A stretch of DNA of 64,000 bases. It comes from Azolla caroliniana (taxonomy: Eukaryota; Plantae; Polypodiophyta). Each line of letters starts with the position of its first letter. The first letter of the stretch is position 1. A program made the position numbers and the translations under genes. The stretch spans positions 4,898,001 through 4,962,000 of the forward strand of contig JBHGNT010000004.1 of NCBI GenBank assembly GCA_043228905.1. Direction: 5' to 3'. The notes under the pieces were generated by a model that made no database searches, was not told where the DNA came from, and saw only the letters and a list, made by a program, of their open reading frames with translations. This document shows, one piece after another, positions 25,099 to 37,003 of the stretch.

Positions 25099-26140
25099 TG
25101 TCATGAAGATTTTCGGGAATGGTGTGAAAATTACGAAGAACATACAAAATCGAGTGTGGTTCTTCACACACGATATGAAACAATAATAGTAAAGATATTA
25201 TTTTAGATTAGTTTAATATCTTGGTACTTTACTACATTTGAAACAAATAACTAAATGTCAAGTTATGTGAATGTAAAGTTTGAGAAGAAGAAGAGAAAAA
25301 CAAAACTATGAGATATCCCACATAGATAGGACAAATCAGGATCCCCCATTATATAAGCAAAGCCATAACTTATTACTTTCTGTCTATGTGTGGAGCACAG
25401 AATGTTCTTGGGCTAAATTGTGGCTTAACTACTCGTAAAGGTTCCGGAGGACTGGATTGGATGGACGACGACGGAATCGGAACCGAAATCTGGACCGGAT
25501 GGACTAGATAGACGGATTGATAAGATAGATTGATCATGACAATTTCGGTGTGAAATGAACAAAATCATCTAGACTAAAAAACCTAGTAAAAATTTGTATA
25601 CAAAGGATACAAGCAAGGCTTGAACCTTGCAACCCCAAGATAAGAGGCAGTAAACTGACCATTAAGCCAAGTCATTTCTTAAGAAATGTTTTTTCTATCA
25701 TTATACTTTCACATGTAATACTCATATTAGAGCTTGAATAAGTGACATGGTTATCATGCATCACGTGTAATGCATGAGTGCCAAATGGCAAACATGCATC
25801 ACATGCATTCCATGCATTGTATGCATGTCTTGTACCCTGACATGTATCATATGCATGGGGGCATCTATAAAAGAGTGGATGAAAAATATGAAAGGGGGGG
25901 CGATGTATGAATCAAGAATTTATTAAGAAGAAAATTCATTATCCAATTGATGATATATCTTGTTCTTCAAATCTAAAGTCAAGAGTTCAATCTTAATCTC
26001 TCTCTCCATTTCAGTCTTTCTCAATCTGTTTCAAAATTGGAATCTTAATCTTAATCTCTCTTAAATCCTTTCTCGCTAAAGCTAGTGAAAACTTCGAATC
26101 CTTCCTCATGATCTGCACGTAGTGACGGATCTTCACGACA
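25099..26140 (+). mobile_element. Solo LTR, about 1.04 kb, 4-bp TSD family
   Basis: TGTCATGAAGAT...ATCTTCACGACA; TSD ACGT; TATAAAA at ~25866 after an ATGCAT-rich block. Confidence 0.8.
25615..25670 (-). promoter_or_regulatory. tRNA-like Pol III A/B box pair in LTR
   Basis: A box TGGCTTAATGG (25669-25659), B box GGTTCAAGCC (25626-25617). Confidence 0.5.
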
Positions 26141-27174
26141 ACGTACCTAACAACCTTGCTCTAGATTCATACTAGCAACAGTACCTAGCATTGTTAGGAT
26201 GTATGTCATCTTTACGACTGGTGCGAAGATCTCATAAAAAACTTTGCCTTGTGGAAGGAGATGATTCAGGATGTGTTGATCATTCGAAGATAGGTTGAAG
26301 CCATTCGACACAGCGAAAAACCTGCTTCAGTAATAACCGAGGATTGGAGATCAACGGACAAAATCGCATGCTCCACCATCCAAATGCATCTGGCCGAAAA
26401 TGTCTATTTCAACATGGTGAAAGAGACAACAACGTTCTCATTGTGGGAGAAGCTACAAGACATTTATGAAAAGAAGTCCTCATCTTCAAAATAGATTTTG
26501 ATCAAACAAGTGTTCAACATGAAGATGAGAGAGGCCGATCCGGCAACCTCCCACATCAACACCTTCAGCCGGGTGTTGTCTGAGCTCTCGTCACAAGGGA
26601 TCAACTTCGAAGAAGAAGTGAAAGCCCTTGCCCTCCTATAGAGCTTGTCGGCGAGTTGGGAGGTATTCTGCACGACATATGCCAATAGCCGACCGATCCT
26701 AAACTTGGACGAAACAATCAACCAAGGCCTCATAGAGGACATCAGGCGAAAATCGATGGGACTAACCATCGCTGAGTCGGCAGAAGCCGCGAGTAGTGGA
26801 GACTCGGCCGTGCATTCCCAGCGCAGGAAGCCGAGGAGACGGCTTACGCGCAAAGAGAAAGGGAAGAAGAAGGTGTTGGATTCCGGCACAGATAGGAACG
26901 AGTCAAACCGACGCGAGTCCGACTCTGAGGGAACCGGTGACTGGTCTTTAAAGGTGAAGTCCGCGTTGACCGAGAAGGCCTCGACATTGGCTAATGTGAG
27001 ATTACGCCGATCTACCCGCCAGAAGAATCCTGTGTTGCGGTTCGGATACAACGAGTACATGGCGCATCATTATGCGTACATGACCCGTGTAGCGGAAGTG
27101 CGTGAGCCGGAGAGCTACGTAGAAGCGGCTAAAGACGCGACTTGGCGTGCCGCGATGGAGGAAGAGATGCACGC

Positions 27175-28078
27175 TGTCGTGACGTGGCTCGCCTAGAAGC
27201 GTAGCGTTGCGTAGACAAAAGATATCATGAAAGTGAGGAAGGAATCACTGGGATTATGGACGGAAGAGACGAAAGAGTAGAGATAGATAAATAGTGATCA
27301 ACAAGATATGACAAGATAGGATATAGAATGATATTTGAAGCAATAAAAGAGATTTATAATTATTTGATGAAAGAGTTACAAAAGTGGTTGTACACGTCGT
27401 TGAACCTCTGAACTTTGTCTTGCAAGGTAATCACTGTTCTCTTTCTTGATCGTAGACCACTACAATCTTCACTTCAATATTTTGATGAAGATAAGGCTCG
27501 AACCACCTCCCTCTTGTTGAGAGTTGAACACCACGACCGCCAGGCTAGAGCTTATCTTGAACTTCTTCCTTTCTTTCTCTATTTTATGGTATCTCTTATG
27601 TAATATATATTTGATTGATATCTCATACATATCTCCCTTTGATCTTCTCTTTCACCATTTAAATAGGTGCCCCCATGCATATGATGCATTGGAGGGTACA
27701 AGTCATGCATGTAGTGCATGAAATGCATGTGATGCATGATAAACATCTCGCTCATTTGAGCTTTTATGTATGAAACAATATATGCAATAAGAATAAACAT
27801 GAAAATATAATCTTAAAGAGAAAGGGCTTAGCCTAATGGTAGGTATGTTGACTTTGGTGTATGAGGTTGTGGGTTCGAGTCTCAAAATACTATTGAATAC
27901 AACATACAACTTTATTCTTATATCATGAAGCAAATCCTTTATGTAATATAAAGTATATATAAAGTATGCTTTATTTTATGTATATTACTAGTATAGAGTA
28001 AATGGTAAGATTTGAGAGTCATAGGGTGGGGTTATTGGTTCAAGTCCTTTCTTGTTCGTGTAATATAATATACTTATC

Positions 28079-28109
<31 letters not shown>

Positions 28110-28243
28110 TCTTTACATATATATAATATTATCATATGTGTGGTTAATATTATCTTTATATATAAAACATTATCAAATGTTATTTTAGTTACGTATTTAT
28201 CTTATTGTAGACTTTTAATGTGAAGCTTTCGTATTTCACGACA
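27175..28243 (-). mobile_element. Solo LTR, about 1.07 kb, 4-bp TSD family
   Basis: TGTCGTGA...TCACGACA; flanks ACGC/ATGC; removing it plus one TSD copy restores host frame EEEMHALAENETW. Confidence 0.85.
27829..27883 (+). promoter_or_regulatory. tRNA-like Pol III A/B box pair in LTR
   Basis: A box TAGCCTAATGG (27829-27839), B box GGTTCGAGTC (27872-27881). Confidence 0.55.
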
Positions 28244-30644
28244 ATGCATTGGCGGAGAACGAGACCTGGGACCTGGTTGACGCACCAAGAGGGGTAAAAC
28301 CGATCGGGTGTAGGTGGGTGTACAAAGTCAAGTACAACACCGATGGCTCGGTCAACTGGTACAAGGCTCGGCTAGTGGCAAAGGGCTACGCGCAGAAACA
28401 CGACATCGACTACGATGAGACGTTTGCGCCGGGCGCGAAAATGACGACCGTCCGAGTTTTGCTCGCAGTAGCTGCGATGAAGGAGTGGCACTTACATCAG
28501 ATGGATGTAAAGAATGTGTTCCTGCAAGGTGACCTTGAGGAACATGTGTACATGGTACAACCCCCCGGATTTCACTCTGGAACGAACTCCTCGGCAGTAT
28601 GCCGACTGAAGAAGTCCCTTTACGGACTGAAGCAAGCCCCGCGTGCCTGGAACGCGAAGATCACGCAACAACTGCGTCGGATGGGCTTCATCACGTCAAA
28701 ATTGGACTCTTCCCTGTTCATCCGAAAAGGTCGACTCAGACCGGTTAGTATTTTACTATATGTTGATGACTTGGTCATCACCGGCGCCGACCTAGGTGAA
28801 ACCGACCGCGTGAAGCTCTAGCTTGCGGCATCGTTCGACATGAAGGATCTGGGGGATCTTCATTACTTCCTCGGGATCGAAGTGATCCGTACCCCCGAAG
28901 GCATATTGATCAACCAACGTCATTACGTGCTGAGTATGCTCTTCAAATTCGGGATGGCCGACTGTAAGTCCGTCTCGACTCCTCTGGACAGAACCGTCAA
29001 GCTTCGTCCCGATACGGGAAAGGTATGCGACCCGACGAGGTTCCGACAAATTGTTGGAAGCCTCAGTTATCCGGTCGGAGTGATCAGTCAGTTCATGGCG
29101 CGACCTATCGAGGACCACCTTCAGTGTGCGCAACACATACTTCGGTATGTCAACGACATTAAGGACCGGGGACTGCTATATCGGACCGGTGCATCCGCGC
29201 AGTTAGTCGGCTACACCGATGCTGATTGGGTTGGCAACGCCGCCGATCGCCGATCCACGTCCGGATACGTGTTCTCCCTTGGGGGTGCCGTGATCGCGTG
29301 GAGCAGTAAGAAGCAGCCGACAGTTGCACTGTCGAGCACCGAAGCTGAGTACCGAGGAGCGGCTGTCGCAACATGCGAAGCCATATGGTTGAAGCGGCTA
29401 CTTAAGGACCTGCAAGAGGAGGTGTCAGATCCGACGACGATCTACTGCGACAACCTCAGCAGCATCCAACTCGCAAAAAACCCTGTTTTCCACACATGGA
29501 CCAAGCACATTGAGGCGCACTACCATTTCGTCCGTGAGCGTGTCCTTTCTGGTGAAGTCGAACTTCAGTACGTTCCGACGGATCGGCAGACTGCCGACAT
29601 CTTCACCAAGCCTCTTGGTTTGGACAAGTTGTGGCAATTCTCAGGTGCGCTCGGATTGCGTCACCTCGACGTGCCAAACTTGAAGGGGAGAACAGTCCTG
29701 AACGACCAAGCAAGGCAGCAGGAAAGGAGTGGAGACTGCGACTCGGTTGTCGAGTTCGACTTCGGATCGGTGGAAGAAGCTGAGGGCGGACCCGCGGAAA
29801 AGTCCAGAAGCGGACAGAAGGGGAGCAGCCGAAGGAGAGAGCCGAAGCCAACCACGCATGGGGAAGATGACACCATCGAGGGCGAGAAGACCGAAGACAA
29901 GTTGGAGACAGCCAACTCGGACGAGAGCGACGAGTCGGTTTGGATGTTTGATTCAGATACGTTGAATCAACCGAGGCCCAAGCGAAAGAAAAGGCAGCAG
30001 GAGAAGCGTCAACACCGCAACAGTAGAAGAGCTGATAAGGGCCACATGAGCAGACAAGCCGACCGGAAGGGGCGAAGCGCGCGGAGTCGAACAGGTTGTG
30101 GAGCGCGAGCGAGGCGTGAAGCCAGGAGGAACCGGAGCTGTGAGCCCGAAGATCCCAAAGAGCCTCAAGTTGAGCTTGAGGGGGAGTGTTGAGAGACAAG
30201 CTCAACATCGGCCGGATCGGCTGAAGAGGCCGAGGACCGGATCGGTTGGGACCGATCGGTTAGGCCGAATGCGTAAACCGGTACGCAGACCGGTGCGTAG
30301 GTAGGGCCGGATCAGTGCGTAAACTGGGAGGCCGTTAGGAAAGATATTCCGTGAGGAATATATTTGGGAGTTAGTGTAGGAGCTCTTAATGAGCATTGAA
30401 GTACTGTCAGTACTTCGGTCAGTCCTTCTAGGACTTGTACAAAGTGTTCATTGAACACACATATGCATAGAATGGTGTATAGAGATTGAGCACTTTTTTT
30501 TAATATACTTCTTGTGTTTTCTCTCTCTCTCTCTCTGTCTCTCCCGAGTATACTGCGTAAGCTCAAGCTCTCCATTCAACCTGAGTTTTCTTCCTTCTGT
30601 TCGGTCTTCATACTTGCTTCCGCACGTTACTTTTTACAATAACA

Positions 30645-31047
30645 CGCCTAGAGAAAATACCAATTAACATAATCATATGCTTTTTCCAAATCTAATTGCA
30701 TCATAATCATTTCTTGATGTGTATGTTGAGCATCATCAGTCGCCATTTGAACATTCAATACGTTATGCAATATATTTCTACTTGCAATAAAACCATATTG
30801 AGATGGGTGAATAAATTGAGATAAGAATTTTTTAAGTTTGTTGGATAATGTCTTTGCAAGAACTTTGTGCAACCCTCCCATCAATGAAATAGGCCTTCAT
30901 TGATGAAATGACTACGGAGATGGTACCTTTGGTATCGATTTAATTAGGCCCACCATCAAGCCCTCAAGCATGAGACTAGAATCTTAACATTTGTATTCAC
31001 AACACACCCAACTCCATTATAAAACTCTTGTCGTGCTTTCAAAACGT
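30645..31047 (-). pseudogene. LINE reverse transcriptase fragment
   Basis: KVLAKTLSNKLK...IHPSQYGFIASRNI...LDLEKAYDYVNW (ORF 30648-30884). Confidence 0.8.
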
Positions 31048-31540
31048 TGTCATGAAGAAATTGCTTCACGATATTAAAATAAACTCAAACATTAGATTCT
31101 AAGTGACATTGAGAACACTTGAACCCACAACCTTGTATACCAAGTATAAAGTATATACCATTACAATAAGTTATTTTCTATAATTATATTTTCATCATCA
31201 TACTTATGGCATGTCTATCTTCATACATTAGAGCTTAGATGAGCCTGATGGCTATCATGCATCACATGTAACGCATGTGCGCCAAATGGCGATCATGCAT
31301 CACATGCATGCCATGCACTCTCATATCATCATATGCATGAGAGAACCTATAAAGAGAGGCAAGGAATCAAGGGATTAATAAGGGAAAAGAAGAAAGGAAT
31401 CAAGAGAAAAACAGAACATAAAAATCAACAAGAAGAAGTTAGCTTATTCGGGAAGTGTCTTGTGTTTAAAAGTGGAAGTCAAGGGTTCAATCTGGAATTT
31501 GGTAGAGAATGGATTTATCTTGCGATCAAGCATTGTAACA

Positions 31541-34500
31541 TGTAGAAATTCCGTGCTCGGCCACAACCGAGGAACAGGATCGATTCGCAGAAAACGGGAA
31601 ATACAAGAATGCACGAAGAACAACAGAGAGAAGAGCACACAGGATGTTTACGTGGAAAACCCTAAATGGGAAAAAACCACGGGAGTCCTCTAACTCCAAC
31701 TATCACTATACACAGAGATGTACAATGGTGAGGCTACAAGGCAACAACCTTGAGCTCGCTGTCCTCGCCACAGGCGGCGGTATTACACAGAGGCGTCGAC
31801 CTCTTCCTTCCTCTTTCTCTCTCTCACTCTCGCTCGGCTGCTCTCACTTCGCTCCCTCTTAGTGGACAACAGAAAAATGAGCAACAACAAAAAACTGTTT
31901 GCCCTAAGTCATATTTATACATATATGACTTTCGGGCTATTTACAAGTATAGCCTCAAGGGCCCTTGGCAAACATATTCACAAATATGTCTCCGCATCCG
32001 GATCTCTCTCCGGGTACATACGTCATCCGGCTCCGTAACCGGGGTCTTCAGCGTCCGGATCCGCAGCCGGGTACTCTTCATCCGGCTTCATGCCGGGTAC
32101 TCTTCATCATATGGTTCCGTAGCAGCCTCCGGGCTTGCCGTCATTCATCTCCGGACATCCCATCCGGAGGGACCGAAATCCCAACAAACTCCCCCTTCAC
32201 TTCGGCATGGGATGTCTCTCCAACCCGATCCTCTTCCGGCATGCTTCCAGCTTGTCGGGTGTGAGCACCTTGGTCAGCATATCCGACCCGTTCTCGTTCG
32301 TGTGGATCTTCGTCAGCACGAACTCCTTGTCTTCTATCCTTTCCCGGATCCAGTGGTATCTACGCTGGATGTGTTTCGTCCGGGAATGGTAGGCCGCGTT
32401 CTTTGCAAGGTGGATGGCACTCTGACTATCGCAGTAGAGTCGGTACTCCTCCTGCCGGATCCCGAGCTCTCTAATGAAGTCCTTCATCCATATTATTTCC
32501 TTGCCGGCTTCAACAGCTGCCATGTACTCCGCCTCCGTGGTTGACAACGCAACCGTCTTCTGCAGCCTCGACTGCCACGAAACGGCTCCCCCAGCATAGG
32601 TCATCACATACCCTGATGTCGACCGGCTGGTATCTGCATCAGCCGACATATCCGAATCGGTGAAGCCGTCGAGTTCGGGCTTACCGAAGCCGAATCGGAC
32701 ACACACATTTGTCGTGCCCTTCAGGTATCGGAGTATCCACTTGACCGCGTTCCAATGCTCTTTGCCGGGATTGCTCATGTACCGGCTCACCACTCCGACT
32801 GCGTATCCAATGTCTGGTCTTGTACACACCATTGCGTACATCAAGCTTCCGACAGCAGAGGCATATGGTACTTTCATCATGTCCTCTTTCTCAGCCTTTG
32901 TCCTGGGGCTTTGCTTGCTGGACAGCTTGCAGTTTGCCGGGAGGGTTGATCCGACCGGTCTTGCTTCCGACATGTTGAACCGTTGAAGCACCTTTGTCAC
33001 GTACTTCTCCTGTGACAGCCACAACTGCTTCTTGCTCCGGTCCCGGATGATGTGCATCCCTAGTACTTGTCTCGCCGGACCCAAGTCCTTCATTGAGAAG
33101 GTTCGGTGAAGAGCCTTCTTCAGCATCCGTATCTTGACCTGGTCCCGTCCGACGATCAACATGTCGTCCACGTACAGGAGGAGTATTAGAAAGTCTCCTC
33201 CTTCGAATTTCTTCACAAACACGCAGTGGTCAGACTGCGTTTTGAGGTACCCTTCGTCGGTCATGAAGGAGTCGAACTTCCGGTACCATTGCCGGGGAGC
33301 CTGCTTCAGTCCGTAAAGGCTCTTCTTCAACCGGCATACCAGGTGCTCCTTCCCTTTCTTCTCGAATCCTTCCGGTTGCTGCATGTAGATCTCTTCTTCG
33401 AGGTCACCGTGAAGGAATGCCGTCTTCACGTCCATCTGTTCTACCTCGAGGTCCATGCTTGCCGCTATGCTCAGCACCGTCCGGATGGAGGTCATCTTCA
33501 CTACCGGGGCAAATATCTCGTCGAAGTCGACGCCCTTCTTCTGCTGAAACCCCTTCACCACGATCCTGGCTTTGTATCTCGGGGGGTTTCCGGCATCTCC
33601 CGGTTTCAGCTTGAACACCCACTTGTTTCGAAGTGCCCGCTTTCCTTTCGGCAACTCCATAAGTTCATATGTGTGGTTCTCATGCAGGGAATCCATCTCG
33701 TCCTGCATGGCACTCAACCACCTGCGGCTCTGGGTGTCGTGCTTTGCTTCTTCAAAGCTCTCCGGCTCCCCCTCGTCGGTTAGCAGCACGTGCTCTGGTT
33801 CCGGAAATCTCCGGGGGGCCCTTCTCTCTCTTAGAGGATATCTCCGTTCCGGAGCTTCGGTAACCGGTTCTTCCGATTCTTCTTCTTCCGAATCTATTTC
33901 GGGATCGGGGCCGGTTCCGGTATCGTTTTCATCTTCTTCGGCCGGTTCTGTTTCTTCACCGTCTTCGGCCGGATCCTCGAGTGCTAACCGGTCCCTTGCC
34001 GGTCGGGACTGCTCCACGTAGAGTTTATCCTCACCGGTCGACTTTGAGCTCTTCATCTTCTTCTCCGACTCCCAGTCGGCGAGTGTCTTGTCCTCCATGA
34101 AGATGATGTCTCGACTCCTGAATATCTTCTTGTCCACCGGGTCCCATACTCGGTAGCCGAACTCGTCGTCGCCGTAACCGAGGAATATGCATGGCCGGGT
34201 CTTTGGATCTAGCTTTCCTCTCCGGTCCTTTGCCACATGCACGTATGCGAGACACCCGAACACCTTCAGATGCCGGTAGGACACTTCCTTACCGGTCCAC
34301 ACTTTCTGCGGCATGTCTCCGTCCAAAGGTACTGAGGGTGATCTGTTTATCACGTATGTCGCCGTCGACATTGCCTCAGCCCAAAACCCCTTGGGTAATT
34401 TCGCATGCGCCAGCATACTCCGGACCCTCTCCATTATGGTCCGGTTCATCCTCTCGGCCAGCCCGTTTAGTTCCGGCGTCTTCGGCACAGTAAACTCGAG

Positions 34501-37003
34501 CCGGATTCCCTTCGAGCGACAGTACTCCTGGAACTGCCCCCGGTATTCCCCTCCGTTATCCGCTCGTATCGCTTTCAGCTTCTTGCCGGATTCCCTTTCC
34601 ACTCTCGCGTGGAGTTCTTTGAAGACGGACAATACTTGGTCCTTTGTCTTCAACGGTGCCGTCCACAGCTTCCGGCTGTGATCATCAATGAATGTTACGA
34701 AGTACTGGGCTCCGCCATGTGACTTCGTTTCTACCTGACACACATCGGTGTGCACCAACTCCAATGGTGCGCTACGTCTCGTCGGTGGCCTTGAGTGGAA
34801 GGAGGTCCGGTTTTGCTTACCGGCCAGGCAGTCGGTGCACTTCTCCAGGTGCACATGCTTCACTGGAATGAGGTTGTCTTCTGCAAGCCTCTTCATCCCC
34901 TTCTCACTCATGTGGCACAGTCTTTTGTGCCACAGCTCACCGGCAGTGTCGGCTGCCACATTCAGCTCTTCCAGACATAGCCGGGAATTCATCAGGTACA
35001 GTGTGTTGACCTTCCGGGCCCGAGCCACTATCAGGCTCCCCTTGCTGAACTTCATGACACCGTTCCGGATGCTACCCATGTAGCCTTCATCATCTAGCCT
35101 CCCGGCCGAGATCAGGTTCAATCGGACCTCCGGAACGTGTCGCACATCCTTCAGCAGCATCTTGCATCCGGTTGATGTCATCAGCCACACGTCTCCTATG
35201 CCGGCTATCCGGCACGTACCTTCATTTCCCATCCGGACACAGCCGTGCTCACCGGCTGTGTAGGATGAGAAGTATTTCTTCTCCGGGGTCAGGTGGAACG
35301 ACGCTCCGGAATCGACCACCCAGGTCATCTCTACACCGGCAAGGTTCAGCTCCCTCTCTTCGGTAATAAGCATTATCTCTTCTTCACTTGCCGCGAGTGC
35401 CGTCGTTCCTTTCCGGTCCTGCCCTCGCCGATCCGGACCTCTCCGGTCCGTGGCTCCCCGGTATGCACCGTTTCTCTCCGGTGATTTCTTCGAATCGGTG
35501 TCGTCGGCTCCGTTGTCCTTTCGGTAATGCCGACAATTCTTCCGGAAGTGCCCCGGCTTCCCACAGTGGAAGCATGTTGGCCTTCCTCTTGACTGCGACC
35601 GGGTCCCCGACTTCTCCCGTCTTTGCGGACTCCGGTTCCACTGTCTTCCCCGTTCCGATTCGGTAAGCAGCGCCTTCGAGTCGGAGACCGGTTCTTTATC
35701 TCTCCGACGCGCTTCTTCGTTCAAAATACTTGTCTTTACCGTTTGTAGAGACAAGTTATCTTCGGTGCAGGAGGTGCTGAGAGTCACCACCAAGTTCTCC
35801 CAGCTGTCCGGCAATGTACACATCAGGATGATGGCTTGCATTGCATCCTCCAACGGGAACTTGATCGCCGCAAGCTGGTTCACGAATCCCATGAACGTGC
35901 TTACGTGTTCCACCATACTCTCGCCGTCCCGGTACTTGAGGTTCACTATCTTCCTCATCAGGGAGGTCCGGTTCAACGCATTCTTCCTCTCATAGAGGCC
36001 CGACAGCTTCCGCCACATCTCATATGCGTTGGTGTCGTTCGCCACATGCTGTAGAACGCTTACATCGACATATTGTCGGATCGTCGCTACGGCTTTCCGG
36101 TTCAGGAGCTTCCACTCCGACTCAAGTACCCCCTTCGGTATTTCCGACCTGTCAATCGGTTCGTACAGGTCCCGAACAATCAGAAGATCCTCCATCTTGA
36201 TCTTCCAGTCGGCGTAATTCTGCGCATTCAGCACCATCATGCCCGGAGGCCCACTACCGGCGCCTTCCATTTTCTGTGTTACCGTCGCTCTGATACCAGT
36301 TTGTAGAAATTCCGTGCTCGGCCACAACCGAGGAACAGGATCGATTCGCAGAAAACGGGAAATACAAGAATGCACGAAGAACAACAGAGAGAAGAGCACA
36401 CAGGATGTTTACGTGGAAAACCCTAAATGGGAAAAAACCACGGGAGTCCTCTAACTCCAACTATCACTATACACAGAGATGTACAATGGTGAGGCTACAA
36501 GGCAACAACCTTGAGCTCGCTGTCCTCGCCACAGGCGGCGGTATTACACAGAGGCGTCGACCTCTTCCTTCCTCTTTCTCTCTCTCACTCTCGCTCGGCT
36601 GCTCTCACTTCGCTCCCTCTTAGTGGACAACAGAAAAATGAGCAACAACAAAAAACTGTTTGCCCTAAGTCATATTTATACATATATGACTTTCGGGCTA
36701 TTTACAAGTATAGCCTCAAGGGCCCTTGGCAAACATATTCACAAATATGTCTCCGCATCCGGATCTCTCTCCGGGTACATACGTCATCCGGCTCCGTAAC
36801 CGGGGTCTTCAGCATCCGGCTCCGTAACCGGGGTCTTCAGCATCCGGCTCCGTAACCGGGGTCTTCAGCGTCCGGATCCGCAGCCGGGTACTCTTCATCC
36901 GGCTTCATGCCGGGTACTCTTCATCATATGGTTCCGTAGCAGCCTCCGGGCTTGCCGTCATTCATCTCCGGACATCCCATCCGGAGGGACCGAAATCCCA
37001 ACA
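31541..37003 (-). mobile_element. Ty1/copia element B, intact
   Basis: LTRs 31541-32186 and 36302-37003; TSD TAACA; PBS-Met 36287-36298; PPT next to 32187; single open ORF. Confidence 0.97.
32197..36270 (-). CDS. Copia gag-pol polyprotein (about 1357 aa)
   Basis: CFHCGKPGHFRKNC knuckle, WVVDSGAS protease, HKRLCH/CTDC and DDE integrase, YVDD RT, RNase H; ATG just after the PBS. Confidence 0.96.
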   Translation of the reverse strand: MEGAGSGPPGMMVLNAQNYADWKIKMEDLLIVRDLYEPIDRSEIPKGVLESEWKLLNRKAVATIRQYVDVSVLQHVANDTNAYEMWRKLSGLYERKNALNRTSLMRKIVNLKYRDGESMVEHVSTFMGFVNQLAAIKFPLEDAMQAIILMCTLPDSWENLVVTLSTSCTEDNLSLQTVKTSILNEEARRRDKEPVSDSKALLTESERGRQWNRSPQRREKSGTRSQSRGRPTCFHCGKPGHFRKNCRHYRKDNGADDTDSKKSPERNGAYRGATDRRGPDRRGQDRKGTTALAASEEEIMLITEERELNLAGVEMTWVVDSGASFHLTPEKKYFSSYTAGEHGCVRMGNEGTCRIAGIGDVWLMTSTGCKMLLKDVRHVPEVRLNLISAGRLDDEGYMGSIRNGVMKFSKGSLIVARARKVNTLYLMNSRLCLEELNVAADTAGELWHKRLCHMSEKGMKRLAEDNLIPVKHVHLEKCTDCLAGKQNRTSFHSRPPTRRSAPLELVHTDVCQVETKSHGGAQYFVTFIDDHSRKLWTAPLKTKDQVLSVFKELHARVERESGKKLKAIRADNGGEYRGQFQEYCRSKGIRLEFTVPKTPELNGLAERMNRTIMERVRSMLAHAKLPKGFWAEAMSTATYVINRSPSVPLDGDMPQKVWTGKEVSYRHLKVFGCLAYVHVAKDRRGKLDPKTRPCIFLGYGDDEFGYRVWDPVDKKIFRSRDIIFMEDKTLADWESEKKMKSSKSTGEDKLYVEQSRPARDRLALEDPAEDGEETEPAEEDENDTGTGPDPEIDSEEEESEEPVTEAPERRYPLRERRAPRRFPEPEHVLLTDEGEPESFEEAKHDTQSRRWLSAMQDEMDSLHENHTYELMELPKGKRALRNKWVFKLKPGDAGNPPRYKARIVVKGFQQKKGVDFDEIFAPVVKMTSIRTVLSIAASMDLEVEQMDVKTAFLHGDLEEEIYMQQPEGFEKKGKEHLVCRLKKSLYGLKQAPRQWYRKFDSFMTDEGYLKTQSDHCVFVKKFEGGDFLILLLYVDDMLIVGRDQVKIRMLKKALHRTFSMKDLGPARQVLGMHIIRDRSKKQLWLSQEKYVTKVLQRFNMSEARPVGSTLPANCKLSSKQSPRTKAEKEDMMKVPYASAVGSLMYAMVCTRPDIGYAVGVVSRYMSNPGKEHWNAVKWILRYLKGTTNVCVRFGFGKPELDGFTDSDMSADADTSRSTSGYVMTYAGGAVSWQSRLQKTVALSTTEAEYMAAVEAGKEIIWMKDFIRELGIRQEEYRLYCDSQSAIHLAKNAAYHSRTKHIQRRYHWIRERIEDKEFVLTKIHTNENGSDMLTKVLTPDKLEACRKRIGLERHPMPK

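Larger units (their letters stand above)
24076..26158. mobile_element. Non-autonomous hAT element containing a solo LTR
   Basis: Termini CATGGTTGTTTAAGTAC / GTACCTAACAACCTTG; perfect 8-bp TSD CTCTAGAT (24068-24075, 26159-26166); no transposase; (GAA)n-containing repeats at 24345-24665. Confidence 0.85.
26192..30638 (+). mobile_element. Rearranged copia remnant: gag joined to RT-RNase H and 3' LTR, lacking PR and INT
   Basis: gag-like 26200-26780 (LWEKLQDIYEKKS...INFEEEVKALALL); RT 28249-28821 (LYGLKQAPRAW, LLYVDD); RH 28840-30192; PPT GAGGGGGAG then LTR from 30187 to ~30638. Confidence 0.75.

Noticed and set aside
36271-36399. N-terminal extension of the 1400-aa ORF into the LTR
   Set aside because: Begins at a non-ATG codon within LTR/PBS; the ATG at 36270 matches the start in element D
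32660-36454. Many antisense and alternate-frame ORFs over copia pol (also 41575-45660)
   Set aside because: Expected shadow ORFs of GC-rich coding sequence; recurrence simply reflects near-identical elements
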